Shown here: one piece after another, positions 53,923 through 64,000 of the stretch
Layout: each line of letters opens with the position of its first letter
Numbering within the stretch: position 1 is the stretch's first letter
NCBI GenBank assembly: GCA_009859145.1
Contig: VRVR01000032.1
Location: forward strand, 28,854 to 92,853
Direction: 5' to 3'
DNA: 64,000 bases
Source: Andalucia godoyi And28
Lineage: Eukaryota; Protista; Jakobida
The notes under the pieces: model-generated
What the model was told of the DNA's origin: nothing
The model's input: only the letters and a program-made list of their open reading frames with translations
Databases searched by the model: none
Made by a program: the position numbers and the translations under genes

Positions 53923-54906
53923 TTAGCTGGACTTTGACTTTTCCGCATTGATCTTCTTTTCGAGGTGTCTGGTCGTGCGCGTCATGGCGGCAAGTTGCTT
54001 GGCGGCAAGCACGGAAGCCGGCAGCCATCCCATTGCGGTTTCGACAAGATCATGGGACCAATGCGGGGAGAAGACTGGCCCAGCAGAGTCCGCCATTGCG
54101 AGTGTTTCTCTTGCAACGGTTCGTGCAGACGGGACCATCATCGAGGTGCGTCGGATTCTCGTCATGGCCGTAGCGACATAGTACGGAGTGATGGCAATGA
54201 CCTTGCATTTGCCGGCCCATTCGGTGTGCATTGCTGTGGAGAACGCTGCCAAGAATGCCTTGGTGGCCGAATAGGTGGCCATGCACGGGACAGGTCGAAC
54301 GCCTGAGATGCTGGACACATTCACAATGAGCTTGGCGCCCTGGACAAAAGCGTGGGTCATCTTCATAGTTGCAAGGATGTTGACGCGGACCATGCGTTCG
54401 TACGCGTCCAGCGACCCCTGCGGAGCTCCAAACGGGTAAAACAGATCCGTGTTGATCCCAACGTTGTTGATGAGGACCTTGACTCCCCCGCCATTTGCAC
54501 TGGTCGCAGAGCTGATGTTTGAGACCAGCGTCGCATAGTCCGCGTCCGAGGCGGCAGAAAAGTCGAACGGCAGGACAGCGGTCTTGACGAGCGGATACGA
54601 CTGGCGCAGCTCAGCCGCGAGTGCTTCGAGCTTGGAGACCGACCGCGAAATGAGAACCAGGTTGAGACCGCTTGACGCAAGCTCCTGGGTGAAGCCCTTG
54701 CCGATGCCGTCCGAAGCGCCAGTCACCACAGCCCACGCATTCGACGACGCCATCTGCGACCGGGGGATCCGCAGCAGACGCGAAAGAGTCGCGGACGAAG
54801 AACCTGGAAGAAAATGATGCTTGACACTACGCAATAGTCGGTACACAAGCGACACAACAACTAGCCCGCCAACTACCGCGAGCGCATTACAGAACCAGCA
54901 CGTCAT
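53923..54906 (-). CDS. HSD17B12: Very-long-chain 3-oxoacyl-CoA reductase (KAR/HSD17B12-like SDR)
   Basis: N-terminal TM helix, WAVVTGASDGIG, LINNVG, YSATK, PYYVAT. Confidence 0.9.
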   Translation of the reverse strand: MTCWFCNALAVVGGLVVVSLVYRLLRSVKHHFLPGSSSATLSRLLRIPRSQMASSNAWAVVTGASDGIGKGFTQELASSGLNLVLISRSVSKLEALAAELRQSYPLVKTAVLPFDFSAASDADYATLVSNISSATSANGGGVKVLINNVGINTDLFYPFGAPQGSLDAYERMVRVNILATMKMTHAFVQGAKLIVNVSSISGVRPVPCMATYSATKAFLAAFSTAMHTEWAGKCKVIAITPYYVATAMTRIRRTSMMVPSARTVARETLAMADSAGPVFSPHWSHDLVETAMGWLPASVLAAKQLAAMTRTTRHLEKKINAEKSKSS

Positions 54907-55329
54907 GATCCAATCCAACCCGTCTTCTTCTGTATGTGCGAGTGCTTGCTTGTTTTGTGATTCTCAACAACTCCAACCGAAAACAATAAGACGAGTTCTT
55001 TTTTTTTTTAAAGTTCAGGCAATAAAAGCATATATTTAAATAAAAAAGTAAAGAGAGTGAAGGAGCGCAGGAAACGTGGAAATACATAAAGATAAAGAGA
55101 AAGAGAATCTGCCGGGAAAACCTGCATCGGGCGAAAGAGAGCAATGTCAGCGTGACATGCACTGACATCTTCTCGTTTTGGAAAAACGTGCCAAAAAAAA
55201 TCCGGCATTGAACATGAAGCGCAGCGGAATTGATTGCTGCACCAGCGAATGCTTTATGTGATTTTGGGAGTTTTCCATTAATTATTATTATTAGTTTTCT
55301 GGTTCTGTTCTTTTTGCAGCACCGTGAAA

Positions 55330-55347
55330 AGAGAGAGAGAAAGAAAG

Positions 55348-55403
<56 letters not shown>

Positions 55404-55406
55404 AGT

Positions 55407-55440
<34 letters not shown>
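55330..55440. repeat. (GA)n purine tract just before ATG 55456
   Basis: Directly visible. Confidence 0.95.
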
Positions 55441-55445
<5 letters not shown>

Positions 55446-55455
55446 AAAAGGGAAA

Positions 55456-56691
55456 ATGCAGAAGTCTGGATTTGAGGAAAAGGCGCTCTCAAAGGGTTGG
55501 ATTCCAGATGCAGTAATTCGGTTTTTCATCCGACGATCGCTCGAAGACCGTTTGCGACAGATTGCCAAACCAAATGTGTTATTGCAGCATAAGCATGACT
55601 GCGAGGTTGTCTCTTCAATGCGGTCTGAACGTGAACTTGCAGTGCTTACAAACACCGCGAATGAGCAGCACTATGAATGCCCCACGGATCTGTTTCGAGC
55701 ATCGTTGGGTGCTGCGATGAAGTATTCTTGCTGCTTTTATCCAGACATTGAAGCAGAATTGATGATGGAACAGCAGGAAAGTGAGATGTATCGTTGTTTG
55801 AAAAGCCTCTCGTGGATGGCCCATCAAGGTCTGACAATGCCGGTTCGGCTCATCAAGTTGGTGATGATGGGGAAGCAGCAGTCGCGGGATGTGAGTTCTG
55901 CATCGGGTCTGGATGATGCAGAACAGGCGTGCTTTAAGCTGTATGTGAAGCGCGCCGAGTTGGACAACTTGCAGCCTGGAGCGCGCATATTGGACCTTGG
56001 ATGTGGATGGGGTTCGCTGTCGCTGTTTCTTGCTGCCGAGTTTCCAGAGCACTCAATTACTGCCGTGTCGAACTCACGCACACAACGAGAATATATCGAA
56101 GAACAATGCAGAACACGAGGGATTGCAAACGTTAAGGTGATCACTTGCGACATGAATGTTCTGGAGCTCGAGAAGGAGTCTTTTGATCGGATCATGTCGG
56201 TCGAAATGCTGGAGCACATGCGAAATTATGAGCGCGTGTTTCAGAAAGTCGGCAAGTGGCTCAGACCAGGAGGAAAGATGTTTGTCCATGTGTTTGCGCA
56301 CTCCAGAACTCCGTACATGTTTGAGCAAGGCTGGATGGCGCGTAACTTCTTCTCGGGGGGCTCGATGCCGTCCATCGACTTGTTTCCGAGGTTCTGCGGT
56401 GCCGGAGGGCTGTTTGTGGATGCCTCGTGGATCGTCAACGGGCGCCACTATGCTCGAACCCTCGAGGCTTGGTTGAGCAAGCTGGATTGTGCGGCTACCC
56501 ATCCGGACTGTGAGCCACACGGGATCCAAGTGATGCAGGTGCTCAGAGACTTCTATGGCCAGGGACAGGAGCGAAAGTGGCTCACAAACTGGCGTGTGTT
56601 CTACATGGCATGCGCGGAAATGTTCGCCTTCAATCGCGGAAATGAATGGGTGGTCGTGCACTACTTGTTTGCAAAGCCGGAGACAAGTTGA
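55456..56691 (+). CDS. Cyclopropane-fatty-acid synthase / coclaurine N-methyltransferase-like SAM methyltransferase
   Basis: ANEQHYE, MKYSCC, LDLGCGWGS, SNSRTQ, SVEMLEHMRNY, FFSGGSMP, HYARTLEAWL. Confidence 0.9.
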   Translation: MQKSGFEEKALSKGWIPDAVIRFFIRRSLEDRLRQIAKPNVLLQHKHDCEVVSSMRSERELAVLTNTANEQHYECPTDLFRASLGAAMKYSCCFYPDIEAELMMEQQESEMYRCLKSLSWMAHQGLTMPVRLIKLVMMGKQQSRDVSSASGLDDAEQACFKLYVKRAELDNLQPGARILDLGCGWGSLSLFLAAEFPEHSITAVSNSRTQREYIEEQCRTRGIANVKVITCDMNVLELEKESFDRIMSVEMLEHMRNYERVFQKVGKWLRPGGKMFVHVFAHSRTPYMFEQGWMARNFFSGGSMPSIDLFPRFCGAGGLFVDASWIVNGRHYARTLEAWLSKLDCAATHPDCEPHGIQVMQVLRDFYGQGQERKWLTNWRVFYMACAEMFAFNRGNEWVVVHYLFAKPETS

Positions 56692-56971
56692 GCACCCCAG
56701 AAATCGGCGTGGTTTCGAGAGAGAAGGATCGCATCGTATCGCAAGAACATTTAAGAAACAAACCCTCCATAGTTTTGTCTTTCTTTTTAAGTGTTTTGTT
56801 TTTTTGTTTTCGTCTATCCATACAGTACAATGTACACAATCTGGTGGTGGTGATGATAGGAGCCAAAGAAAGAAATGTAAAACCCGAACAGCAGCAACAC
56901 TCATATATGCCACGATTAATTGATATAATAAAAAAAGAGTGGCTCGCCCGAGAGCGGATACTGGAGATACG

Positions 56972-58477
56972 TCATTCGTCTCCTTGCACATCAAACCACT
57001 CACTCAGACACGCCAAATCATGTGCAGCACATTGCTCAACAAGATCGGATCGTCCCAGACAGCTGAGTGCAATGGCGACGTAGTCCCACACGTGGGTACA
57101 CTGACCATGGGCGAGCGACAGAGCCTGTGCATAGCAGCGAATTGCAGACTCAAAGTTACCTTGATTCGAGAATGCAATTCCCATATTCACCCAGGCTCGC
57201 ACATACTTTGGTTTTAATTGCAGCGCACGCTTGTACGCATTGACGGCCTCTGTGCTGTTGCTCGAGTTCGCCATGGTGGCGCCGACCTTGTTCCACAATG
57301 AATAATCTCGCGGATGAATTCGCAGCGCTGTTTTGAACGAGTCCACGGCCTTGTCGTACGATCCAGACACGTTGTGCAAGATTCCAAGAAGAGCATGCAT
57401 GTCTGCATCTTCCGAGTCTGCCTCCACAGCACGCGTGCACCAAGCTTGGAGCTTTTCTTGCAGCCCACGACTTGTCACGGTATCGAAAACAGACGGCAAT
57501 TGCTGGTTCCCTTTCATGACCAGCGCGCTCGAAGATGCAGGATCGTCGAACAAATCCTTTCCAAGAGAAGCATACTTTGGATGCTGTTCCAACCAGCTCT
57601 TCAAGATTTGAAGAGCGTGGAAGCGGTCCAATTCGTTCGTGTACGAAACACCCAGTTCGAGGAGTGCGTCTAGATTCGACGGGTCCTCCGTCACGGCATT
57701 GTTCAATGCTGCGATCGCCATGTTATCGTCGTCGCACTCTGCATGAGCAACTCCCAAAAACTGCCAAATCTCCGACGGAGAAGCAGCATTCTCCAGCTCC
57801 TGCGCAGAATACGAGTTCGCAGTGATCTTGTGTAACGACGCTTCCAGCGCAGCAATCGCATCCATGAGCTCCCCATCTTTGAATAGCTGGATTCCTGTTT
57901 GAAACGCCTCGGCCAACCCCATACCCATATACGAATTCTGCGACCGGTCTACATACACATACTCTGGAATCCGCATCGTTGAGCTCTCCACGTTCTGAAT
58001 ATCGTGTTCTTGAAGAAATCGCGCATAGACGGATTCCCACGACTCACTATCCACCACTCCGTCTCGGTCCATCTCCGCAGCAGCCACCGCGTCTTCTTCG
58101 TATTGAAACCCTGCTGATCCAGTATCGGTGGCAGCAGCGGATGAAAATGCGCCATGTCTTCCAGCTGGAAGTCTGGAGGCGTCAATTCCCAAGGACGACA
58201 GCATGGATGCCACCTGTGTCTCCACGAATTCCGAAGACTCGGACGGATACATCTGCCGAGTAAGCACCGATGCCCGAGAGTGGATGCGCTGCAGTTCCGG
58301 AACCGAGTACTGCATTGCCGACGCTCCTGCTGATGAAGCCTCGGCACCTCCCGATGATGATGCTGATCCAGATGATGATGATGCAAGTCCTGCAAAATCG
58401 TCTACAAACTTTGTAACGGGATTTGCATCCACGCCTTCACAGTTCCCACCAAGCAGCAAGTCTCTGACAATCGACAT
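56972..58477 (-). CDS. PEX5: Peroxisomal targeting signal 1 receptor
   Basis: N-terminal Cys (GNCEG), WESVY motif, C-terminal TPRs (LWNKVGATMANS, YVRAWVNMGIAFSN). Confidence 0.94.
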   Translation of the reverse strand: MSIVRDLLLGGNCEGVDANPVTKFVDDFAGLASSSSGSASSSGGAEASSAGASAMQYSVPELQRIHSRASVLTRQMYPSESSEFVETQVASMLSSLGIDASRLPAGRHGAFSSAAATDTGSAGFQYEEDAVAAAEMDRDGVVDSESWESVYARFLQEHDIQNVESSTMRIPEYVYVDRSQNSYMGMGLAEAFQTGIQLFKDGELMDAIAALEASLHKITANSYSAQELENAASPSEIWQFLGVAHAECDDDNMAIAALNNAVTEDPSNLDALLELGVSYTNELDRFHALQILKSWLEQHPKYASLGKDLFDDPASSSALVMKGNQQLPSVFDTVTSRGLQEKLQAWCTRAVEADSEDADMHALLGILHNVSGSYDKAVDSFKTALRIHPRDYSLWNKVGATMANSSNSTEAVNAYKRALQLKPKYVRAWVNMGIAFSNQGNFESAIRCYAQALSLAHGQCTHVWDYVAIALSCLGRSDLVEQCAAHDLACLSEWFDVQGDE

Positions 58478-58558
58478 CTTTTATTGGCAGCAGCAGCAGG
58501 GTGGACGGATGGAAAGTGCAAGAAAACGAAATTTCGCTCCTCTGAAGCGCGCTAATGA

Positions 58559-58612
58559 CAATACCAATACCAATACCAATACCAATACCAATACCAATAC
58601 CAATACAAATAC
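58559..58612. repeat. (AATACC)n hexamer repeat upstream of PEX5
   Basis: Directly visible, about 7 perfect units degrading to AATACA. Confidence 0.9.
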
Positions 58613-58904
58613 AAATATAAATACAAATGAAAATGAAAATGAAGAAAAAGAAAAACGCAATTAATAACTAATTTTTGCTGACTGCGGTCATCAATCAGGA
58701 TCGCATACAGCAGATGAAGGCGTTGACCACGCAAAAAGGAAAGGGTTAATCATTGGTCATCAAGACTCGAGAGGATTCGTTTTCTTACATACAATTAATT
58801 ACTTCATCTATTTTAATAATTTTTACGTGCAACATTATGTACGGTATTGCTTCGTCCGTGCATTGATGGAGTCGGCCGTGGCGCGGCACGCCAAGGATGG
58901 ATGA

Positions 58905-61900
58905 TTAGAAATCCGTGTCACTGGCACTAAAGGCAACAGACAATGAATCGAGTCTTCGGATAAGCTCTGCGGTTCGCTTGACTTCGGGAACATGCGACGA
59001 CTTTGCTTCCTCGAGCTTCTTGTCGTCGTCGATGCTCGACAAGGCCTGGATGCATACTTTGAGTCGATTGACAGTGTTGTTCACACTCTTGATAAGACGA
59101 ACAGTCTCGCCAGCATACAAATGGTTTTCCACGACAATCTTCATCACAGAACGGTGGCGGAAGAAATCCATCAAACACGAGTCCAGGAGCGCCGAATTGT
59201 CTGCAAGAGCAATCAGCTCAGGGTCCAAGGAAACACCTTCCCAGGCATGTAGAACAATGTCGTCTTTTGAGGTAAAAATGTCAAGCAGACCACCTCCAAC
59301 TGCCGAAAAGACGGAGCGAGCCCCGACGATGTACGATTCCTGGGCCGCAAAGAGATCGCCAAGATACGCATTGCGACGTTCAGGAGAACGAACAAGGCGC
59401 GATGCGAACAACGCAAACAACGGAGCTCTAACAAACGTCGTGACGGAACTCTCGGCACGATCACGCATGGTTGACACGTACTTGCTCCACAACGACAAGA
59501 CTTTGGAAGTGTACTCGCGCATGTCCGTATCCATCGTTCGGTTGCCATGCGACGGTAAAATTCTTTCAAAAGGATAGCCGCGGACCGCCGCACGGGGCTC
59601 AAGAAGGCGCGCCACCAGCGTTTGCATCAAGGATTGTTCAGAGTTGAACGAATACTTCGGATCCGTGAAACGCTCTTTCGCGAGCATGTTCAGCATGAAG
59701 AAAACATGAGGAGCAGTTTTCCACAATTGCGTAACAAGGTGAGAAATTTCCCGGGGCTGGCAATGACGATCCATCAGACCCTCACGGGCCAAAAACTCGA
59801 GTTGGAAGAGGAGCTGTTCACTCACAAGCATGCGGTCTGTTTGCAGAGGCTGTTCAAGAACTCGACGAACCGATCGTTGAAGTGGGCTCTCCTCCAGTCG
59901 AAGCTGCTGCTCGCGAAGTGATGCGTTGGCGGACAAAGGAGGCTGAGGAGGAAGAGCCTGCATGAGCTTCAAGACGGATATCGAGGAAAGCGGGTACTTG
60001 CCGTGCAAAAACGGAAGATCCGAACAAACGAAGCGTGTTTGCAGACGCGAGGGCATGCCAAAGAAATAAACACTTCCAAAGGTCTCCTTGAAACCTCGAC
60101 GCCCCGCGCGACCTGCGCACTGTTGAAAGATAGTGGGATACAAATAGCGAACATCTCCACCGAAAAAGACAGCAGAACGACACGCCATATTCACTCCTTG
60201 CGCAAGCGTACCGGTTGCAAAAACACACTTCATCTTTCCCAGACGGAACAGCGACTCAATCAGGAACCGTTTCTTTCGCCAGACTTTGTTGTGATGCGCG
60301 CCAATTCCGTGACGGAATGCAGCTTGGCGCATAATACGATCCTCCACTTCGCGATCATCTATAAACCGTCCAAATGAGTTTTGGCGAGATGCATCCTCGA
60401 AAATGATCTTGTTTTCAACAAACTTGAAAATGAGGAACTTGATGAGTCTTTCAACCTGCGTGAAGTTGTCCAGCAACGGGGGAACCACGCTGAGGGTCGG
60501 AGACTTTTCAGAAATCTCCTCTTCTTGCTCTTGTTCGGCATCATCGTGCTCATCACCTTCATATTGATCCTCGCTCTCGCTCTCGTTATCGTTCTCCTCG
60601 CCTTCTTGGCTCCGCTTTAACGCGGTCGCTTTCTGGAGAGCTTTCTGAGCGGCAGCCTTCTTATCAGCGGCCTTCTTGCTGGCGGCCGCAACAGCTACTG
60701 CGACAGCTGCGGCATCGCGTCCACAGAACAAAACCTTGAGCAAGTCGCGCAACTTCAATTCTGCAGCAATGCGTTGCTGCTCCAACTGGCGCATCTCTGC
60801 AGCAATACCAGAAGACACGATTTTCCCGCCCTTATTTGCACCAGGGCGATCTGAACGCATCGCCTTCTCTTGTTGCTGTGATTGCGTGTATTCTTGGTCC
60901 TTCTCATTGTAAGCATTTTCAATTTCGCGAATTTCGATGGCAACATTTTCCGCTTCGCGAATGCGGGGAATCAAGGTTGCGACAACGTGGGCAACATCCG
61001 AAACATTCTCGCGTCTGCAAAACTCCTGGAGTTCGGTAGCAGACGGGACATGGAACTCAATCTTTTCAAACAATCTGCGCATCACTTCGTCATCAAACGA
61101 CTTTTCTCGGATGGCAGTGGGCAGGAAACGCGAAACAAGATCGTCGCATTCCAAGAACACCGTCAAGTGGCGGGCAGACGCAGAGCAACGAGATCTGTTC
61201 AAGTCAAACACCAGCGCAGGCAACCCCTTGTTCTTTTCCAATGTCTTGTACATTCTGTACACGGGATGGTTCTGATAGTCCACATAGTACGCAGAGGGAT
61301 CGCCCAAAACCGGATCTTGATCCACAGCTGAGTAGATTGGGGCATAATTTTCTTGTTTTCGGAGAGACTCAATGGCCTGCGACACTGCCTTTCGATTCAA
61401 ATCAACAGCAGCCGCAGATGTCCTGTCGTCATTCAATGACCAAACAATGAAGTCACGCAAGTTGGCATCCCACTTACGAATCAACGTGCGCGTCACCACA
61501 GGCTCTGGGTCATCGCTGCCGTTGATATTGAAGTAGTCGCACGTCGCAGGATCAAAATGCTCAACGAGGATTCTTGTCGCCTCCCCGTGCTTATTCAACG
61601 AAGAAAAGGCGGCACGCAAGGCGTCGAATGTCTGAACAACATGGCGGGGTGCAATTGCAGGAAAGCGGTCAGCATCGCGAGGATTCGATAACGACGGAGA
61701 AACGAAGCACAGAGGAGAAAATGAGGAAACCTTGAGTTCCGAGCCTTCGGGATAGAAGGTTCCATAAACCAGATCCGTAACACGTTCCCAAACCTGAATC
61801 AAGCAAACTGGCTCTTTGCGATTCAAAAGCTTCAAGAGCGTGTAGATCTCATCAGAATTTCCGACGGAAGCCGACAGCGCAAGGTAAGGGCAAGAAATCA

Positions 61901-64000
61901 TCTGCAAATTCTGGGCCCAAACTTCTCCCTCATCTCCGGAAATATTATGAATTTCATCAAACACAACAAATCGCAGGTTTTCGCGAAGTGCGGCAGCCGC
62001 GTTGTCATTTCCAAGAAGCATCTCATTCAAAATTTCTGGCTTGGTAACGAGAATACGAGCATCCTCGTTCAAGCTATCCTCGCCAGATGCAAACCCGATC
62101 ATTGGACTCTTATTGTCCGATACATTCGACATCTGCATCAAACCAAAGACTTCAGAATATGTCTGTGTAACCAAAGGACCCGATGGAGCAACGAAAACGA
62201 CTCGACCAGTCGAATCTTCACGCAGGATGCGCTCCATGACTACATACGACAAGAAAGACTTTCCGACAGATGTAGGACCCACAACTAGCGAGGACACATT
62301 TGCACAAATGGCCTCCATCAAACGAATCTGCCAGAGATCGGGCTCAAACTGAACAGATCCTCGGATACAGTCCATCATGGCACGCTGGGAGACGTTCAAC
62401 GGGATGATTTGCTCCGTTCCATCAGCGTCAATGATATTTTCCTTGTCATCAAACGCTGAAACGCACAGTCGGAGCGCACGAGCCTTCTTAGCAACCTGCA
62501 GATGGGCGTGCTTCTTGTAAAACAAATTGTTCAGCCGAAGGATGCGCTTGGGGTCGTGCTTAGGAGAAGACCACTCCAAGTCGTCAGGGATCTCGACCAG
62601 CTGCTGCAACACGGTTCTCTTCTTTGCCACAGGCCCACGAAGTTCCTCCACGCTTTTTCCTTGTTTCGCTGCTTCTTTCTTTTCTTTCTCTTCTTTGATC
62701 TTCAGCAACATCTTTTCCTTGCTGCTCAAGGGTTTTTCTTTTTCCTTCTTCTCCTTCTTTTTCCCTCCTTTCACATTTGCATCCGCCTCGTCCGCTTCAG
62801 TGGATATCTCCTCCACTTCGGGTTTCGGAATCTTCTCCATGAGAGAGACCATATCCAAGAAACGATCGCGAAGCTCGTCCCTGACCTTTTTGTCCGTTTT
62901 TTTCTTCTTTGCCTCTTCCAGAAACGCAGGAATAAACAGGGTTCGCGGGTCTTTGCCGCCATTCAGCGATTTTGCGTATTCCGCAAGGCGGTTTGCCTTC
63001 TGGGACAGCTTTCGTTGATACCGCTTCAATGCTCGCGCATCGGTGGGAATCTTTGGTTTTTCCGTTTCCCAAATTGCCTTCATGGCTCCATTCCACTTGT
63101 ATCGATCGCGGAAGCCATCAAGAAATCCAAGGTATTTCTTCTCTGCAGCGTCTGCCTCTCCTTTGCCCATCAGATCCGCCATAGCTTTAACGTCTACACC
63201 GAGCACCGTTTGAATGACAGTATGTTCGAGTGGCAACAATCGACTAACAGGAATGGCGGCCGCGTCGCGAGGCTTTTCGGGAGACTCTCTGATGAACTGC
63301 CCAAGAAGCCGCCCGTCCATCGAAAGCACAAACGTCTCGAAATCTTCCGATCCATAATTCTTTAGGAGAATGGCGGTGGAGAAGCCCGCAGACTGGACAA
63401 ACGCAGCCACTTCTCTACCAACGGCCGACTCCGAGGGCGAATCCGAAATCGACATGGCTTCCATTTGCTCTGTGACTTCTTCTTCGTCAGAGACCATGTC
63501 CTCCCAGTCGTCGACTGGTTCTTCATCATCGTCCCACGATTCTGGAACTTCATTTTCCGCCTCCTGCTCAACGTACAGCGTGGCTGATGATGCATCCGCT
63601 CCGCCTGCTTCGCCAGTCCACACACCAGGCCTCGAGGAAACTGTCCCGGTATGACCGGAGAACAGCTGATTGATGGTCGAAAGCTGTGACTTGGAAAGCC
63701 GAATCATGACAGCCGAGACAAAACGAGGATCTAGAATGTCAAAGACGCACTGCAATTGTTCGGACTCGAACTTTGCGAAATCTACGGATTCCAAAAGGAT
63801 TCTAGACATGGACGAAAGTAGGACCTCGGTTGCGGACACGATAAATGCTTCTGATGCGCCTGGCGCAATCTGGTCGAGATGAACCAGCCGAATCTCCAAA
63901 GGCGCATTGTATTGCAGGTAGAGGGCGACGGTGAGAGTTTGCAGAAAAGCTTCCGCAACAGCCGAACCCTTCAGCGGGGACAGCAACTTCAACTCCCGCA
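58905..64000 (-). CDS. DDX60: DDX60-like Ski2-family DExH RNA helicase, 5' part beyond the window
   Basis: More than 1695 aa, open to the edge; PDLWQ, GPTSVGKS, FDEIH, ALSASV, GIGAHH, ATGTLAQGVNMACR, QCAGRAGRRG; the extended C-terminus resembles DDX60 rather than Ski2/Mtr4. Confidence 0.8.
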   Translation of the reverse strand, partial: RELKLLSPLKGSAVAEAFLQTLTVALYLQYNAPLEIRLVHLDQIAPGASEAFIVSATEVLLSSMSRILLESVDFAKFESEQLQCVFDILDPRFVSAVMIRLSKSQLSTINQLFSGHTGTVSSRPGVWTGEAGGADASSATLYVEQEAENEVPESWDDDEEPVDDWEDMVSDEEEVTEQMEAMSISDSPSESAVGREVAAFVQSAGFSTAILLKNYGSEDFETFVLSMDGRLLGQFIRESPEKPRDAAAIPVSRLLPLEHTVIQTVLGVDVKAMADLMGKGEADAAEKKYLGFLDGFRDRYKWNGAMKAIWETEKPKIPTDARALKRYQRKLSQKANRLAEYAKSLNGGKDPRTLFIPAFLEEAKKKKTDKKVRDELRDRFLDMVSLMEKIPKPEVEEISTEADEADANVKGGKKKEKKEKEKPLSSKEKMLLKIKEEKEKKEAAKQGKSVEELRGPVAKKRTVLQQLVEIPDDLEWSSPKHDPKRILRLNNLFYKKHAHLQVAKKARALRLCVSAFDDKENIIDADGTEQIIPLNVSQRAMMDCIRGSVQFEPDLWQIRLMEAICANVSSLVVGPTSVGKSFLSYVVMERILREDSTGRVVFVAPSGPLVTQTYSEVFGLMQMSNVSDNKSPMIGFASGEDSLNEDARILVTKPEILNEMLLGNDNAAAALRENLRFVVFDEIHNISGDEGEVWAQNLQMISCPYLALSASVGNSDEIYTLLKLLNRKEPVCLIQVWERVTDLVYGTFYPEGSELKVSSFSPLCFVSPSLSNPRDADRFPAIAPRHVVQTFDALRAAFSSLNKHGEATRILVEHFDPATCDYFNINGSDDPEPVVTRTLIRKWDANLRDFIVWSLNDDRTSAAAVDLNRKAVSQAIESLRKQENYAPIYSAVDQDPVLGDPSAYYVDYQNHPVYRMYKTLEKNKGLPALVFDLNRSRCSASARHLTVFLECDDLVSRFLPTAIREKSFDDEVMRRLFEKIEFHVPSATELQEFCRRENVSDVAHVVATLIPRIREAENVAIEIREIENAYNEKDQEYTQSQQQEKAMRSDRPGANKGGKIVSSGIAAEMRQLEQQRIAAELKLRDLLKVLFCGRDAAAVAVAVAAASKKAADKKAAAQKALQKATALKRSQEGEENDNESESEDQYEGDEHDDAEQEQEEEISEKSPTLSVVPPLLDNFTQVERLIKFLIFKFVENKIIFEDASRQNSFGRFIDDREVEDRIMRQAAFRHGIGAHHNKVWRKKRFLIESLFRLGKMKCVFATGTLAQGVNMACRSAVFFGGDVRYLYPTIFQQCAGRAGRRGFKETFGSVYFFGMPSRLQTRFVCSDLPFLHGKYPLSSISVLKLMQALPPQPPLSANASLREQQLRLEESPLQRSVRRVLEQPLQTDRMLVSEQLLFQLEFLAREGLMDRHCQPREISHLVTQLWKTAPHVFFMLNMLAKERFTDPKYSFNSEQSLMQTLVARLLEPRAAVRGYPFERILPSHGNRTMDTDMREYTSKVLSLWSKYVSTMRDRAESSVTTFVRAPLFALFASRLVRSPERRNAYLGDLFAAQESYIVGARSVFSAVGGGLLDIFTSKDDIVLHAWEGVSLDPELIALADNSALLDSCLMDFFRHRSVMKIVVENHLYAGETVRLIKSVNNTVNRLKVCIQALSSIDDDKKLEEAKSSHVPEVKRTAELIRRLDSLSVAFSASDTDF

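Noticed and set aside
58559-58612. Interstitial telomeric repeat
   Set aside because: The unit (GGTATT) is short, degrades into AT-rich DNA and has no support as this organism's telomere repeat
62502-63365. Long plus-strand ORFs opposite the helicase (and similar ones opposite other genes, e.g. 48153-49448)
   Set aside because: Antisense shadows of well-supported genes, with no recognisable motifs

Overview
Compact, intron-poor nuclear DNA of a microbial eukaryote, probably a flagellate with mitochondria and peroxisomes (Fused kinase, FAM92-like BAR protein, PEX5, Msp1). Species identity cannot be established from the sequence. I support about 35 protein genes (PEBP, SF3A3, MIF, RPL35, Rab32/38, MOB1, QPRT, PRP4K, RlmI-like methyltransferase, ChrA, ATAD1, type II persulfide dioxygenase, DNAJA, Fused, GBE1, KAR, CFA/CNMT-like methyltransferase, PEX5, a 5'-truncated DDX60-like helicase and several orphans), three GT-AG introns and one tRNA-Pro(AGG). 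The main unexplained signal is intergenic. (1) A dispersed family of five decayed elements (about 7.3, 29.9, 33.7, 38.3 and 53.7 kb). The best copies encode a broken I-x3-P-x2-EQ-x3-L-x2-W...ARxxY motif, like the N-terminal HTH of IS200/605/607 TnpB and eukaryotic Fanzor2, and carry an 18-bp UUCG hairpin. (2) Two near-identical 290-bp highly foldable elements (29931-30220 and 53169-53458), each next to a member of that family. A Fanzor/TnpB-derived fossil family with a mobile or conserved RNA module is my leading hypothesis. It is inference only: no intact nuclease ORF is in the window and no search was run.
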